DNA from: Candidatus Saccharimonadota bacterium
GTDB taxonomy: Bacteria; Pseudomonadota; Gammaproteobacteria; Enterobacterales; Enterobacteriaceae
DNA: 32,000 nucleotides
Assembly (NCBI GenBank): GCA_041942055.1
Contig: CP145874.1
Location: forward strand, 270,001-302,000
Reading direction: 5' to 3'
Below the pieces are notes generated by a model, which saw only the letters and a program-made list of their open reading frames with translations, was not told the origin of the DNA and made no database searches. Position 1 is the stretch's first letter. Every line of letters starts with the position of its first letter. Both the position numbers and the translations under genes were made by a program. Shown in pieces: positions 18,075-27,112 of the stretch.

Positions 18075-20732
18075 TTATGATAAATGATTCATTATAAAAT
18101 GTTTAATTTCGCTCAAGATAGTTGGCAAAATCACTACCGATGTTCCATATGCTTGAGCAATATCTTGACAACCTCCACCCTTTCCATTAATTTTAGGAAT
18201 AATTTGATTAATTAAATCATTTGCTGTCAATTTACTAATTAGATCTGGAGTTACTGCAGCTATTAAGAATAGTTTATTAGTCATTACTGTTCCTAAAATA
18301 ATAACTACTGATTTGAGTTCTTTTTTTATACTTTTAACGATAGATCTAAGATTTTTTTCGTCAGTATTACTTAACTGATTAATAACTACATTAGTTTTAT
18401 TAATCTGAATAACTTGTTTTAGAATCAACGTACGATCCCTTAGGTTTTTTTCAGCTGTTAACTGTACTAGATTCTTTTTTAGGATACTAATTTCTTGCTT
18501 CAGCGAATGTATTTTATTAATAATGTTATCATCATTAGTTTTAAGAATAAAACGGATTTTTTGTAAAACGTCTTTCTGCATTTGTATTTGTTGTAAAGCT
18601 ATTTCTCCTGTACTAGCTTCTATACGTCGAATACCTGCCGCTATACTCGATTCGGTATTAATACGAAATAAACCAATTTCTCCCGTATACTTAACATGAG
18701 TTCCATTACATAATTCGGTTGAAAAATCGCCTATTGTTAATACTCTAACCTTTTTCTCATATTTATTCTCAAATAATGCGATAACACCTTTTTCTTTGGC
18801 AACTTCATATTCCATAAGGTTAGATGTAACGGGGAAATTCTGAATAATTGTTCGATTTACCATGAATTCAATAGTACGAAGTACTTGTGGTTGAATTTGA
18901 GCCAAATGAACGAAATCAAACCGTAAATGTTTTTCATTTATTAATGATCCTTTTTGTATTACGTGATTTCCTAAAATTTGACGTAATGTAGCATGTAACA
19001 AATGTGTCGCCGAATGATTTCTACATATTTTATTCCTACGATTAGTGTCTATACATGCGATAACCCTATCTCCTATATGAAAACACCCTCTAATCATTTT
19101 CCCTATATGAAAAATCGCCTTACCGATTTTTTGAGTATCACTAACTATAAACTCTAGATTATCTGTATAAAGCTTGCCAGTATCTCCCACTTGACCACCG
19201 CATTCACTATAGAAAGGAGTCTCATCTAAAATAACTATTCCCTCTTCTTTCTCAGATATCATATCTTGTACTTTATGTGAAACAATTATAGCAATGATAG
19301 TGGTTTGTAAATGATGATAATCATGTCCCTGAAATATAGTAGTAACATTATCAGTCTTTATTATTTGACTATTATTAAGAAAATGATGGTGTTTTCGACT
19401 GCGTTGCTGCTGTAATTCCATGGATAATTTAAAACCCTCCTTATCTACTTTGACTTCATGCTCCTGACATATTTCAGTGATTAATTCTAAAGGAAATCCA
19501 TAAGTATCATATAAACGAAATGCGGTTTCACCATCTAGTATATCTCCATGTAATTTTGATAATGCTTCGTTTAATAATAAATTACCTCGTTCTAAAGTTT
19601 GTGCAAATTTTTCTTCTTCAACTTTTAATATATTTTCTACAATTAATTTCTGATTTTTAATAGATTCAGCTACTATTCCCATTACTTGTATAAGAGGTCT
19701 TACTAACTTATAAAAAAAGGTTTCTTTTATTCCCAACATATATCCATGACGCACTGCACGTCGTATAATATGACGTAATACATATCCTCGTCCTTCATTA
19801 GAAGGTAAAAGACCATCGGCAATGAGAAAAGCACAAGAACGTATATGATCAGCAATAACTCTTAATGATGGACAATTATCTTCCGGTATTAAGGTTATTA
19901 AAGTCGCAATATGTTTAATTAAAGTTCGAAATATATCAATATCATAATTACTTTCTGCTTTTTGTAAGATAGCTGCAATACGTTCTAATCCCATTCCAGT
20001 ATCTATTGATGGTGAAGGTAATGGAATTATAGAACCATCTTCTTGTCGATTATATTCCATAAAAACGATATTCCAAATTTCAACATAGCGAGTACCAACG
20101 GATTCTAAACTTCCTGGAGGAGATCCATAAAAATGATTTCCTCGATCATAAAAAATTTCTGTACTCGGTCCACAAGGTCCAGTCTCGGCCATTTTCCAAA
20201 AATTATCTCCAGAAAATTGGATTTTGGTTGTCTGTTGTGGTCTGTTTTTTACTACTCCCATGCGAATTAGGCGTTCATGAGGGATTTCTATTTCGTTAGC
20301 CCAAATATCATAGGCTTCATAATCGCTATTATGGACCGTAATCCATAATTTATCTTTCGGTATATTAAACCAATGTGAACTGGTTAATAATTCCCAAGCT
20401 AAATTAATAGCTTTTTTCTTAAAATAATCTCCAAAACTAAAATTACCTAGCATCTCAAAAAAAGTATGATGACTAGGAGTATAACCAACATTTTCTAGAT
20501 CATTATGTTTTCCGCCCGCTCGCATGCAACGTTGAGATGTTGTAGCACTTGAAAAACCCAATTTTTCTTTTCCCAAAAAATAATTTTTAAACTGATTCAT
20601 ACCAGCATTTGTAAACAGCAATGAATTATCATTCTTAGGTATTAAAGAGCTACTACTTATTACTTTATGATCTTTGCTTTTGAAAAAATCTAAAAATGTT
20701 TGACGAATTTTTGCAGTATTTTTATACTTCAT
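18075..20732 (-). CDS. alaS: Alanine--tRNA ligase
   Basis: 885 aa. IRQ.FLDFF.SK.H.V..SSSL.P.ND..LLFTNAGMNQFK, TTSQRC.RAGGKHNDLENVGYT..HHTFFEMLGNFSFGDYFK and the editing-domain HSATHLLH are collinear with E. coli AlaS. Confidence 0.97.
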   Translation of the reverse strand: MKYKNTAKIRQTFLDFFKSKDHKVISSSSLIPKNDNSLLFTNAGMNQFKNYFLGKEKLGFSSATTSQRCMRAGGKHNDLENVGYTPSHHTFFEMLGNFSFGDYFKKKAINLAWELLTSSHWFNIPKDKLWITVHNSDYEAYDIWANEIEIPHERLIRMGVVKNRPQQTTKIQFSGDNFWKMAETGPCGPSTEIFYDRGNHFYGSPPGSLESVGTRYVEIWNIVFMEYNRQEDGSIIPLPSPSIDTGMGLERIAAILQKAESNYDIDIFRTLIKHIATLITLIPEDNCPSLRVIADHIRSCAFLIADGLLPSNEGRGYVLRHIIRRAVRHGYMLGIKETFFYKLVRPLIQVMGIVAESIKNQKLIVENILKVEEEKFAQTLERGNLLLNEALSKLHGDILDGETAFRLYDTYGFPLELITEICQEHEVKVDKEGFKLSMELQQQRSRKHHHFLNNSQIIKTDNVTTIFQGHDYHHLQTTIIAIIVSHKVQDMISEKEEGIVILDETPFYSECGGQVGDTGKLYTDNLEFIVSDTQKIGKAIFHIGKMIRGCFHIGDRVIACIDTNRRNKICRNHSATHLLHATLRQILGNHVIQKGSLINEKHLRFDFVHLAQIQPQVLRTIEFMVNRTIIQNFPVTSNLMEYEVAKEKGVIALFENKYEKKVRVLTIGDFSTELCNGTHVKYTGEIGLFRINTESSIAAGIRRIEASTGEIALQQIQMQKDVLQKIRFILKTNDDNIINKIHSLKQEISILKKNLVQLTAEKNLRDRTLILKQVIQINKTNVVINQLSNTDEKNLRSIVKSIKKELKSVVIILGTVMTNKLFLIAAVTPDLISKLTANDLINQIIPKINGKGGGCQDIAQAYGTSVVILPTILSEIKHFIMNHLS

Positions 20733-20794
20733 AACTATTAATTTTCCTAAAAAGCTAGTTATTAAAAACTTTAATTGTTATTTGATTCTCCTTT

Positions 20795-21790
20795 TTACGA
20801 TAAAAATAATATTTGTCGCAGTTTTTGTTCCAGTTCGTTAGCTATAGCAAGATGTTCTTTTAAATAGTTACTAGCATTATTTTTACCTTGTCCTATTGTC
20901 ACACCATTATAGCTATACCAGATACCTGCTTTTTCTATCAAATTGTTTTTGACACCTAAATCTAGAATTTCACCATAAATATTAATGCCTTCACCGTATA
21001 TGATTTGAAAATCTGCTTGTTTAAATGGAACTGCTACTTTATTTTTAACAATCTTGACACGTGTTTCACTACCTATAACATTATCACCATTTTTAATAGA
21101 ACCAATGCGACGAATATCTAGACGTATTGAGGCATAAAATTTTAATGCATTACCACCAGTTGTAGTTTCAGGATTCCCAAACATCAGTCCAATTTTCATA
21201 CGAATTTGATTAATAAAAATCAAAAGCGTATTGGATTGTTTTAAAGTACCAGCTAATTTACGCATGGCTTGACTCATCATACGAGCTGCAAGTCCTATAT
21301 GCAATTCCCCAATATCCCCTTCAATTTCTGCTTTTGGTGTAAGTGCAGCCACTGAATCTACAATAATTACATCGACAGCTCCAGAACGAGCCAAAACATC
21401 ACAAATATCTAAAGCTTGTTCACCCGTATCCGGTTGTGAACATAACAAGTTATCTATATCTACACCTAATACTTTTGCATATCCCGGGTCTAAAGCATGT
21501 TCTGCATCTATAAAAGCACAAGTTTTATTTTGTCTCTGTGCAGCCGCAATAACTTGAAGCGTTAAAGTAGTCTTACCCGAGGATTCAGGGCCATAAATTT
21601 CAACAATTCTACCTAATGGTAAACCACCTACACCTAAAGCCAGATCTAAAGTTAACGAACCGGTAGATATTGTTTCCACATCCATAGCTCTATTTTCTCC
21701 TAAACGCATAATAGAGCCTTTACCAAATTGCTTTTCAATTTGTCCCAGTGCAGCTAAAAGAGCTTTGTTTTTATTATTTTCTTCATTCAC
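20795..21790 (-). CDS. recA: Recombinase RecA (C-terminal acidic tail absent)
   Basis: 331 aa, about 80% identical by eye to E. coli RecA. Walker [10 protein letters not shown] and the L1/L2 region [27 protein letters not shown] are present. GTG start at 21788-21790 with AGGGA 10 nt upstream; there is no in-frame ATG before residue 28. The protein ends at ..LRQILFLS, where E. coli continues for about 22 more, mostly acidic, residues. Confidence 0.96.
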   Translation of the reverse strand: MNEENNKNKALLAALGQIEKQFGKGSIMRLGENRAMDVETISTGSLTLDLALGVGGLPLGRIVEIYGPESSGKTTLTLQVIAAAQRQNKTCAFIDAEHALDPGYAKVLGVDIDNLLCSQPDTGEQALDICDVLARSGAVDVIIVDSVAALTPKAEIEGDIGELHIGLAARMMSQAMRKLAGTLKQSNTLLIFINQIRMKIGLMFGNPETTTGGNALKFYASIRLDIRRIGSIKNGDNVIGSETRVKIVKNKVAVPFKQADFQIIYGEGINIYGEILDLGVKNNLIEKAGIWYSYNGVTIGQGKNNASNYLKEHLAIANELEQKLRQILFLS

Positions 21791-21804
21791 CGAACACTTA
21801 TCCC

Positions 21805-21833
21805 TAAATAAATACTTTAAAAGTATTTATTTA
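21805..21833. repeat. 29-bp perfect palindrome TAAATAAATACTTTAAAAGTATTTATTTA in the recA/mutS divergent spacer (function unknown)
   Basis: 14 consecutive complementary pairs around centre base 21819, verified base by base; the pairing fails at 21804/21834. Lies 15-43 nt upstream of the recA GTG and shares one base with the AGGGA SD. Confidence 0.9.
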
Positions 21834-21917
21834 TATCTAGTAAGATTATATTAGATTGGTTATTTGATATAAAATTCAGGTTTATTAATACAATATTATA
21901 TCATAGGAATCTTAATC

Positions 21918-24494
21918 ATGGATATTTCTAATCATACCCCAATGATGCAACAATATTTACGTATTAAGGCTGAACAGAAAGATAGTCTACTTTTTTATCG
22001 GATGGGGGATTTTTATGAACTTTTTTTTGAAGATGCAACACGTGCATCACAATTATTAAATATTTCCCTAACACACCGCGGAATCTATAATAATCAGCCA
22101 ATACCTATGGCAGGTATACCGTATCATGCAGTAGAAAATTACTTAGCTAAATTAGTACATTTGGGAGAATCAGTTGCCATTTGTGAACAAATTAATGATC
22201 CTACATTAAATAGAGGTCCAGGACCTGTAGAACGCAAAGTAGTACGTATTGTTACTCCTGGAACAATAAGTGATGAAGCACTCTTACAAGGATCTACCGA
22301 TAATATTTTAGCCGCCATTTTACACCAGGTAGAAGGATTTGGTTATGCTACTCTTGATATTAGTTCAGGTGATTTTAGATTAGTAGAACCACATGATAAA
22401 GACAGTATGATATTAGAACTTTATAGAACTAATCCTGCAGAAATTCTGTATCCTGAAAACTTTGACGCTTATGAAATCATCAAAAAATTTAGAGCGATAC
22501 GTCGGCGACCGCTATGGGAATTTGAATTAGATACTGCACGTCAAGAATTAAATCTTCAGTTTGGTACTCGTGAACTGAATGGATTTGGTGTTAATCATGC
22601 TGAGCGAGCTTTACGATGTGCAGGATGTTTACTGCAATATGTTAAAAATACTCAGCAAACAGCTCTTCCTCATATTAGATCTATAAAATTTGATAATCAA
22701 CAAGATACTATTATTATGGATGTAACAACTATTCGTAATTTAGAAATCACAAAAAATCTTTCTGGAGGACATGATAACACCTTATTATCCATAATAGATA
22801 ATACAGCCACTCCTATGGGAAGTAGAATGTTGAAACGTTGGTTGCATAAACCTACACGGGATATACAAATCATTCATAGCCGTCAAGATAGTATAGAGAT
22901 CTTACTGCTACAAAATAATCTCTGTACTACTATTAAATCAATCTTGCGTAATATAGGAGATTTTGAACGCATTATAGCACGTTTAGCATTGCGAACAGCT
23001 AAACCTCGGGATTTTGCACGTATACGTAATATTTTAGAACAGCTACCCAAAATAGATAATTTACTTATCACAGTTAAATTAGATTTTATTCAAGACATAA
23101 GAAGTAAATTAGGACATTTTGAAAAATTATTAAAATTATTAGAACGTGCTATTGTTAATAATCCACCTAGTTTAATAAGAGATGGAGGGGTAATTGCTAG
23201 TGGATATCATCTGGAATTAGATGAATTACGTGCACTTTCTAATGGTGCTAGCGATTATTTAGCAAAATTAGAAATTCGAGAACGTGAACAATCGGGATTA
23301 GATACCCTAAAAATTGGATTTAATGCTATTCATGGTTATTATATTCAAGTTAGTCGCAGTCAAAGTAATCGGGTTCCTATAAACTATATAAGACGTCAAA
23401 CTCTCAAAAATAATGAACGTTACATTATTCCAGAATTAAAAAAATATGAAGAAAAAGTTTTAACTGCTAAAGCTAAAATTTTAGCACTTGAAAAAAAACT
23501 TTATGAAGAACTATTTGAAGTGACCTTACCATATATTGCAAACTTACAATTAAGTGCAAGAGCTATTGCTGAACTTGATGTTTTAATTAATCTTGCCGAA
23601 CGGGCATGTTTATTAAATTACTCCAAACCTATTTTCAGTACTGAATGGGGTATAATCTTAAAAAATGCTCGTCATCCTGTCGTAGAAAAAGTTATAAATG
23701 AACCCTTCATTGCTAATTCATTGTCATTAACATCACAACATCGTTTGCTTCTTATTACAGGTCCTAATATGGGAGGAAAAAGTACTTATATGCGTCAAAC
23801 TGCACTAATTGTATTAATGGCATATATTGGTAGTTATGTACCCGCAGAATACGCTCAAATTGGTACTGTTGATAGAATTTTTACACGTATAGGATCTGCA
23901 GATGATTTAGCATCTAGTCGTTCGACTTTTATGGTTGAAATGACTGAAATAGCTAATATTTTGCATAATGCTACAGAAAATAGTCTAGTTCTTATAGATG
24001 AAATTGGAAGAGGTACATCTACCTATGATGGTTTATCATTAGCATGGGCGAGTGCTGAAACCCTGGCTAGTTGTATAAAATCTATGACAATGTTTGCTAC
24101 ACATTATTTTGAACTGACTACTTTACAAGAAAAAATAGAAGGAGTATTAAATTTATATTTTGATGCAATTGAATATAATGAAAAAATTGCATTTTTATAT
24201 ACTGTACATGAAGGAGCAGCTAATAAAAGTTATGGTTTATCTGTTGCAGCTTTAGCTGGAGTCCCCAGATACGTTATAATTAAAGCACAACAAAAACTCC
24301 AAGAGTTAGAAAAATTATTTCAGTATAATCAAATTCCACCAACATCATGTTATATTCATAATAATTATGATGAATCACAATTAAGATTAGATACAGTTAG
24401 AAGTAGATTGCAAAACTTAAATCCTGACATCATAACTCCACGTCAAGCACTAGAATTAATTTATGAATTAAAAAAATCTATGGCGATGGAATAA
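21918..24494 (+). CDS. mutS: DNA mismatch repair protein MutS
   Basis: 858 aa. [12 protein letters not shown], mismatch-binding GDFYELF, Walker [32 protein letters not shown] and [18 protein letters not shown] are collinear with E. coli MutS. Confidence 0.97.
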   Translation: MDISNHTPMMQQYLRIKAEQKDSLLFYRMGDFYELFFEDATRASQLLNISLTHRGIYNNQPIPMAGIPYHAVENYLAKLVHLGESVAICEQINDPTLNRGPGPVERKVVRIVTPGTISDEALLQGSTDNILAAILHQVEGFGYATLDISSGDFRLVEPHDKDSMILELYRTNPAEILYPENFDAYEIIKKFRAIRRRPLWEFELDTARQELNLQFGTRELNGFGVNHAERALRCAGCLLQYVKNTQQTALPHIRSIKFDNQQDTIIMDVTTIRNLEITKNLSGGHDNTLLSIIDNTATPMGSRMLKRWLHKPTRDIQIIHSRQDSIEILLLQNNLCTTIKSILRNIGDFERIIARLALRTAKPRDFARIRNILEQLPKIDNLLITVKLDFIQDIRSKLGHFEKLLKLLERAIVNNPPSLIRDGGVIASGYHLELDELRALSNGASDYLAKLEIREREQSGLDTLKIGFNAIHGYYIQVSRSQSNRVPINYIRRQTLKNNERYIIPELKKYEEKVLTAKAKILALEKKLYEELFEVTLPYIANLQLSARAIAELDVLINLAERACLLNYSKPIFSTEWGIILKNARHPVVEKVINEPFIANSLSLTSQHRLLLITGPNMGGKSTYMRQTALIVLMAYIGSYVPAEYAQIGTVDRIFTRIGSADDLASSRSTFMVEMTEIANILHNATENSLVLIDEIGRGTSTYDGLSLAWASAETLASCIKSMTMFATHYFELTTLQEKIEGVLNLYFDAIEYNEKIAFLYTVHEGAANKSYGLSVAALAGVPRYVIIKAQQKLQELEKLFQYNQIPPTSCYIHNNYDESQLRLDTVRSRLQNLNPDIITPRQALELIYELKKSMAME

Positions 24495-24509
24495 CTTCCA
24501 CCGCCATAG
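24470..24509 (-). terminator. Rho-independent terminator for rpoS, embedded in the 3' end of mutS
   Basis: The minus-strand RNA is CUAUGGCG-G-UGGAA-GUUA-UUCCA-U-CGCCAUAG. This is a 14-bp stem (one G.U pair) with a 4-nt loop, followed by A-UUUUUUU. It starts 7 nt after the rpoS stop. On the plus strand the same position is an A.C mismatch and no U tract follows. The mutS stop codon (24492-24494) lies in the loop. Confidence 0.65.
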
Positions 24510-24515
24510 TATCAC

Positions 24516-25490
24516 CTAGCAAAAAATAGCTTCTGTATTCAATCCGTGTGAATGTAAAATTTCCCGTAATCTTCGTAATGCTTCAACTTGAATTTGACGC
24601 ACTCGTTCTCTTGTTAATCCAATTTCACGACCAACATCTTCAAGTGTTGAAGCTTCGTAACCTAATAATCCAAATCTACGTGCTAATACTTCTCGTTGCT
24701 TGGAAGTAAGTTCATATAACCATTTAATAATACTTTCTTTCATATTTTCATATTGAGTGGTATCTTCAGGTCCTAAGTATTTTTCATCAGCTAAAATATC
24801 TAGTAAAACTTTCTCGGATTCACTATAACAAGGTTTATCTACTGAAGATATACGTTCATTAAGTCGAAGCATACGATTTACATTAGCAATAGGTTTATCA
24901 AGTTGTTTGGCAATGTCCTCAGCACTGGGTTCATGATCTCGTGTATTTAATAACTCACGAGAAGTACGTAAATAAACATTTAGTTCTTTTACAATATGAA
25001 TAGGGAGTCTAATAGTACGTGTTTGATTCATAATAGCTCGTTCTATAGTTTGACGAATCCACCATGTAGCATAAGTTGAAAAACGAAATCCTCTTTCGGG
25101 ATCAAACTTTTCTACTGCCCTTATTAAACCTACATTTCCTTCTTCTATTAAGTCTAGTAATGCTAACCCTCGATGACTATAACGACGTGCAATTTTTACT
25201 ACTAGACGTAAATTGCTTTCTATCATGCGTTGACGTGAAGTAATATCACCTAAAGAAGCACGTTTTGAAAAGAATACTTCTTCTTCTGCAGTTAATAATG
25301 GGGAAAATCCTATTTCTCCTAAATAAAGCTGTGTAGCATCTAACACACGTGTAGTATCAGCTTCATCTATAAAATCATTGTTATCAGTAAATTTATGGTC
25401 ATCAAAAAAATCAGTTAAGATTCCTTCTAATTCTTCATGGTTTTCTTCATCTAATTGTAACTCATTTAGTTCCAGCATGGTTTGGCTCAT
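24516..25490 (-). CDS. rpoS: RNA polymerase sigma factor RpoS (sigma-38)
   Basis: 324 aa. From [23 protein letters not shown] onward it is nearly identical to E. coli RpoS ([105 protein letters not shown]). Size and position next to mutS distinguish it from RpoD. TAAGGAG lies 10 nt upstream of the ATG. Confidence 0.95.
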   Translation of the reverse strand: MSQTMLELNELQLDEENHEELEGILTDFFDDHKFTDNNDFIDEADTTRVLDATQLYLGEIGFSPLLTAEEEVFFSKRASLGDITSRQRMIESNLRLVVKIARRYSHRGLALLDLIEEGNVGLIRAVEKFDPERGFRFSTYATWWIRQTIERAIMNQTRTIRLPIHIVKELNVYLRTSRELLNTRDHEPSAEDIAKQLDKPIANVNRMLRLNERISSVDKPCYSESEKVLLDILADEKYLGPEDTTQYENMKESIIKWLYELTSKQREVLARRFGLLGYEASTLEDVGREIGLTRERVRQIQVEALRRLREILHSHGLNTEAIFC

Positions 25491-25515
25491 AATAAAATAG
25501 CTCCTTACCTATATA

Positions 25516-25534
25516 ACACTAATTAAATTAGTGT
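25516..25534. repeat. 19-bp perfect palindrome ACACTAATTAAATTAGTGT in the rpoS 5' region
   Basis: 9 complementary pairs around centre base 25525, verified base by base. Lies 26-44 nt upstream of the rpoS ATG and 9 nt upstream of the SD (25501-25507). Confidence 0.85.
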
Positions 25535-25840
25535 GGATTTTGCTAATTTTCCTCTTTACTATTGCGAATAGTTTGGATTCATTCTTATTTGGCGAGAAAT
25601 GTTTGCTTGCTTTTTTTTTAAAAACAGATTATTTAAGTATTTGATATAGACTTCTGATATTTCACTAATGAGATTAGATTTTGATATGAAGATTGTTTTC
25701 AGTAAAATGATTAATAAGTTTTGAATGAGATAAAATCTATAATAATATTTATTATCTATTAAATTAGGTCAAAGAACATCCATGAATTTAATTATAGTAT
25801 TAATATTTAATTTGCTGCATTAAAATAAAAAATTTTTAAA

Positions 25841-26329
25841 TTATATTTTTATATGATCGGAAATCAATAAGATGATCGCATCACAAGCAATACCTTCTTT
25901 ACGTCCAATAAATCCTAATTTTTCTGCAGTTGTTGCTTTAATATTTACTTGGTTTAATTTACATTCAAGATCTTTAGATAGATTAATGCGCATTGGTGTG
26001 ACATATGGACGAATTAAAGGTATTTGAGTGATAATTGTAACATCAATATTACCTATTATATAACACATCTTTCTAATCTGCTGCCAACAAGTACGTAGTA
26101 GAATCCTACTATTTGCAGCTTTATAAGCTTGATTATCATCTGGAAATAATCTTCCAATATCTCCAAGTGCAGCCGCACCTAACAAGGCATCCATAATAGC
26201 ATGAAGTACAACATCACCATCAGAGTGAGAAATAACTCCTGGTACATTAGGTATTTTTACTCCCCCAAGAATAAGTTGTTTTTCTTGCTGACAAAAAGCA
26301 TGAATATCAAAGCCATGACCAATTCGCAT
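25841..26329 (-). CDS. ispF: 2-C-methyl-D-erythritol 2,4-cyclodiphosphate synthase
   Basis: 162 aa. [37 protein letters not shown] and KATT.EKLGF.GR.EGIAC.A match E. coli IspF. TAATG overlap with the ispD stop. Confidence 0.95.
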   Translation of the reverse strand: MRIGHGFDIHAFCQQEKQLILGGVKIPNVPGVISHSDGDVVLHAIMDALLGAAALGDIGRLFPDDNQAYKAANSRILLRTCWQQIRKMCYIIGNIDVTIITQIPLIRPYVTPMRINLSKDLECKLNQVNIKATTAEKLGFIGRKEGIACDAIILLISDHIKI

Positions 26330-27066
26330 TATGTATTATTATTCTCTCTATTTTGATTGTTTTTATGTATATAAAACTCAGCTAAATATATATCTTCAGG
26401 ATATGTAATTTTAATGTTATCACTACTTCCAACGATCAATAATGGATGATAACCACAATATTCTAATGCACAGCAATCATCAGTAAGTTCGATATGATTA
26501 TCTAAAGCATGCTGTAAACATTTACGAAATAGAGTTATGGAAAATAACTGTGGTGTTAAAGCATGCCATAAATTATTACGTTTAATAGTGTAAGATATTA
26601 TTGGTTGGTTCAATTGACTTCTTTTAATAGTATCACGAACTGGAGCTACTAAAATGCCACCAATAGAATTAATACTTCTAATAGATAATAATTGATCTAA
26701 ATCTTTTCGACATAAACAAGGACGTACTGCATCGTGAATCAGAATCCATCTTTCTGGAGAATCATTTGTAATCACTTGTAATGCTGCCATAACTGAACCT
26801 GCTCTAGTATTATCACCAAGAACAGTTGTAATACGTTTTTTATGATCTGGAGGTATAGGTAATGAATGAAACCATTTATCATTATAATTTAAAGCTATAA
26901 TAATGCGATTAATGAGCGGATGTTCTAATAATACAGCTAGTGTATATTCTATGATAGTTTTACCATGAATGGTCAAGTATTGTTTAGGAGAAGAGGATTG
27001 CATCCTTTTACCGATACCTGCTGCAGGAACAATAGCAACAATATTTGGAATAGTTGTCCAAGTCAT
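26329..27066 (-). CDS. ispD: 2-C-methyl-D-erythritol 4-phosphate cytidylyltransferase
   Basis: 245 aa. VPAAG.G.RMQ...[34 protein letters not shown] and ALEYCG.HP.L..G...NIK.T.PED match E. coli IspD. ispD-ispF order as in E. coli. Confidence 0.93.
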   Translation of the reverse strand: MTWTTIPNIVAIVPAAGIGKRMQSSSPKQYLTIHGKTIIEYTLAVLLEHPLINRIIIALNYNDKWFHSLPIPPDHKKRITTVLGDNTRAGSVMAALQVITNDSPERWILIHDAVRPCLCRKDLDQLLSIRSINSIGGILVAPVRDTIKRSQLNQPIISYTIKRNNLWHALTPQLFSITLFRKCLQHALDNHIELTDDCCALEYCGYHPLLIVGSSDNIKITYPEDIYLAEFYIHKNNQNRENNNT

Positions 27067-27112
27067 ATTATAATTTACATTAAGGATGATTTAAAAATAA
27101 ATTGTATTAAGT

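Noticed and set aside
21805-21833. Possibility that the recA-proximal palindrome is a LexA SOS box
   Set aside because: The SOS box is TACTG-N10-CAGTA (CTG-N10-CAG). Here the only G/C pair is C-N7-G, and the TACT/AGTA ends are 5 nt apart rather than 12. It is kept as an unexplained palindrome, not as an SOS box.
22883-23071. 62-aa ORF on the minus strand
   Set aside because: It is antisense inside mutS; a shadow ORF.
25669-25823. Mini-ORFs in the ispF-rpoS spacer (for example MRLDFDMKIVFSKMINKF and MNLIIVLIFNLLH on the plus strand)
   Set aside because: They are 13-18 codons long, have no SD, lie on the strand opposite the surrounding genes, and resemble nothing from NlpD, Pcm, SurE or TruD.
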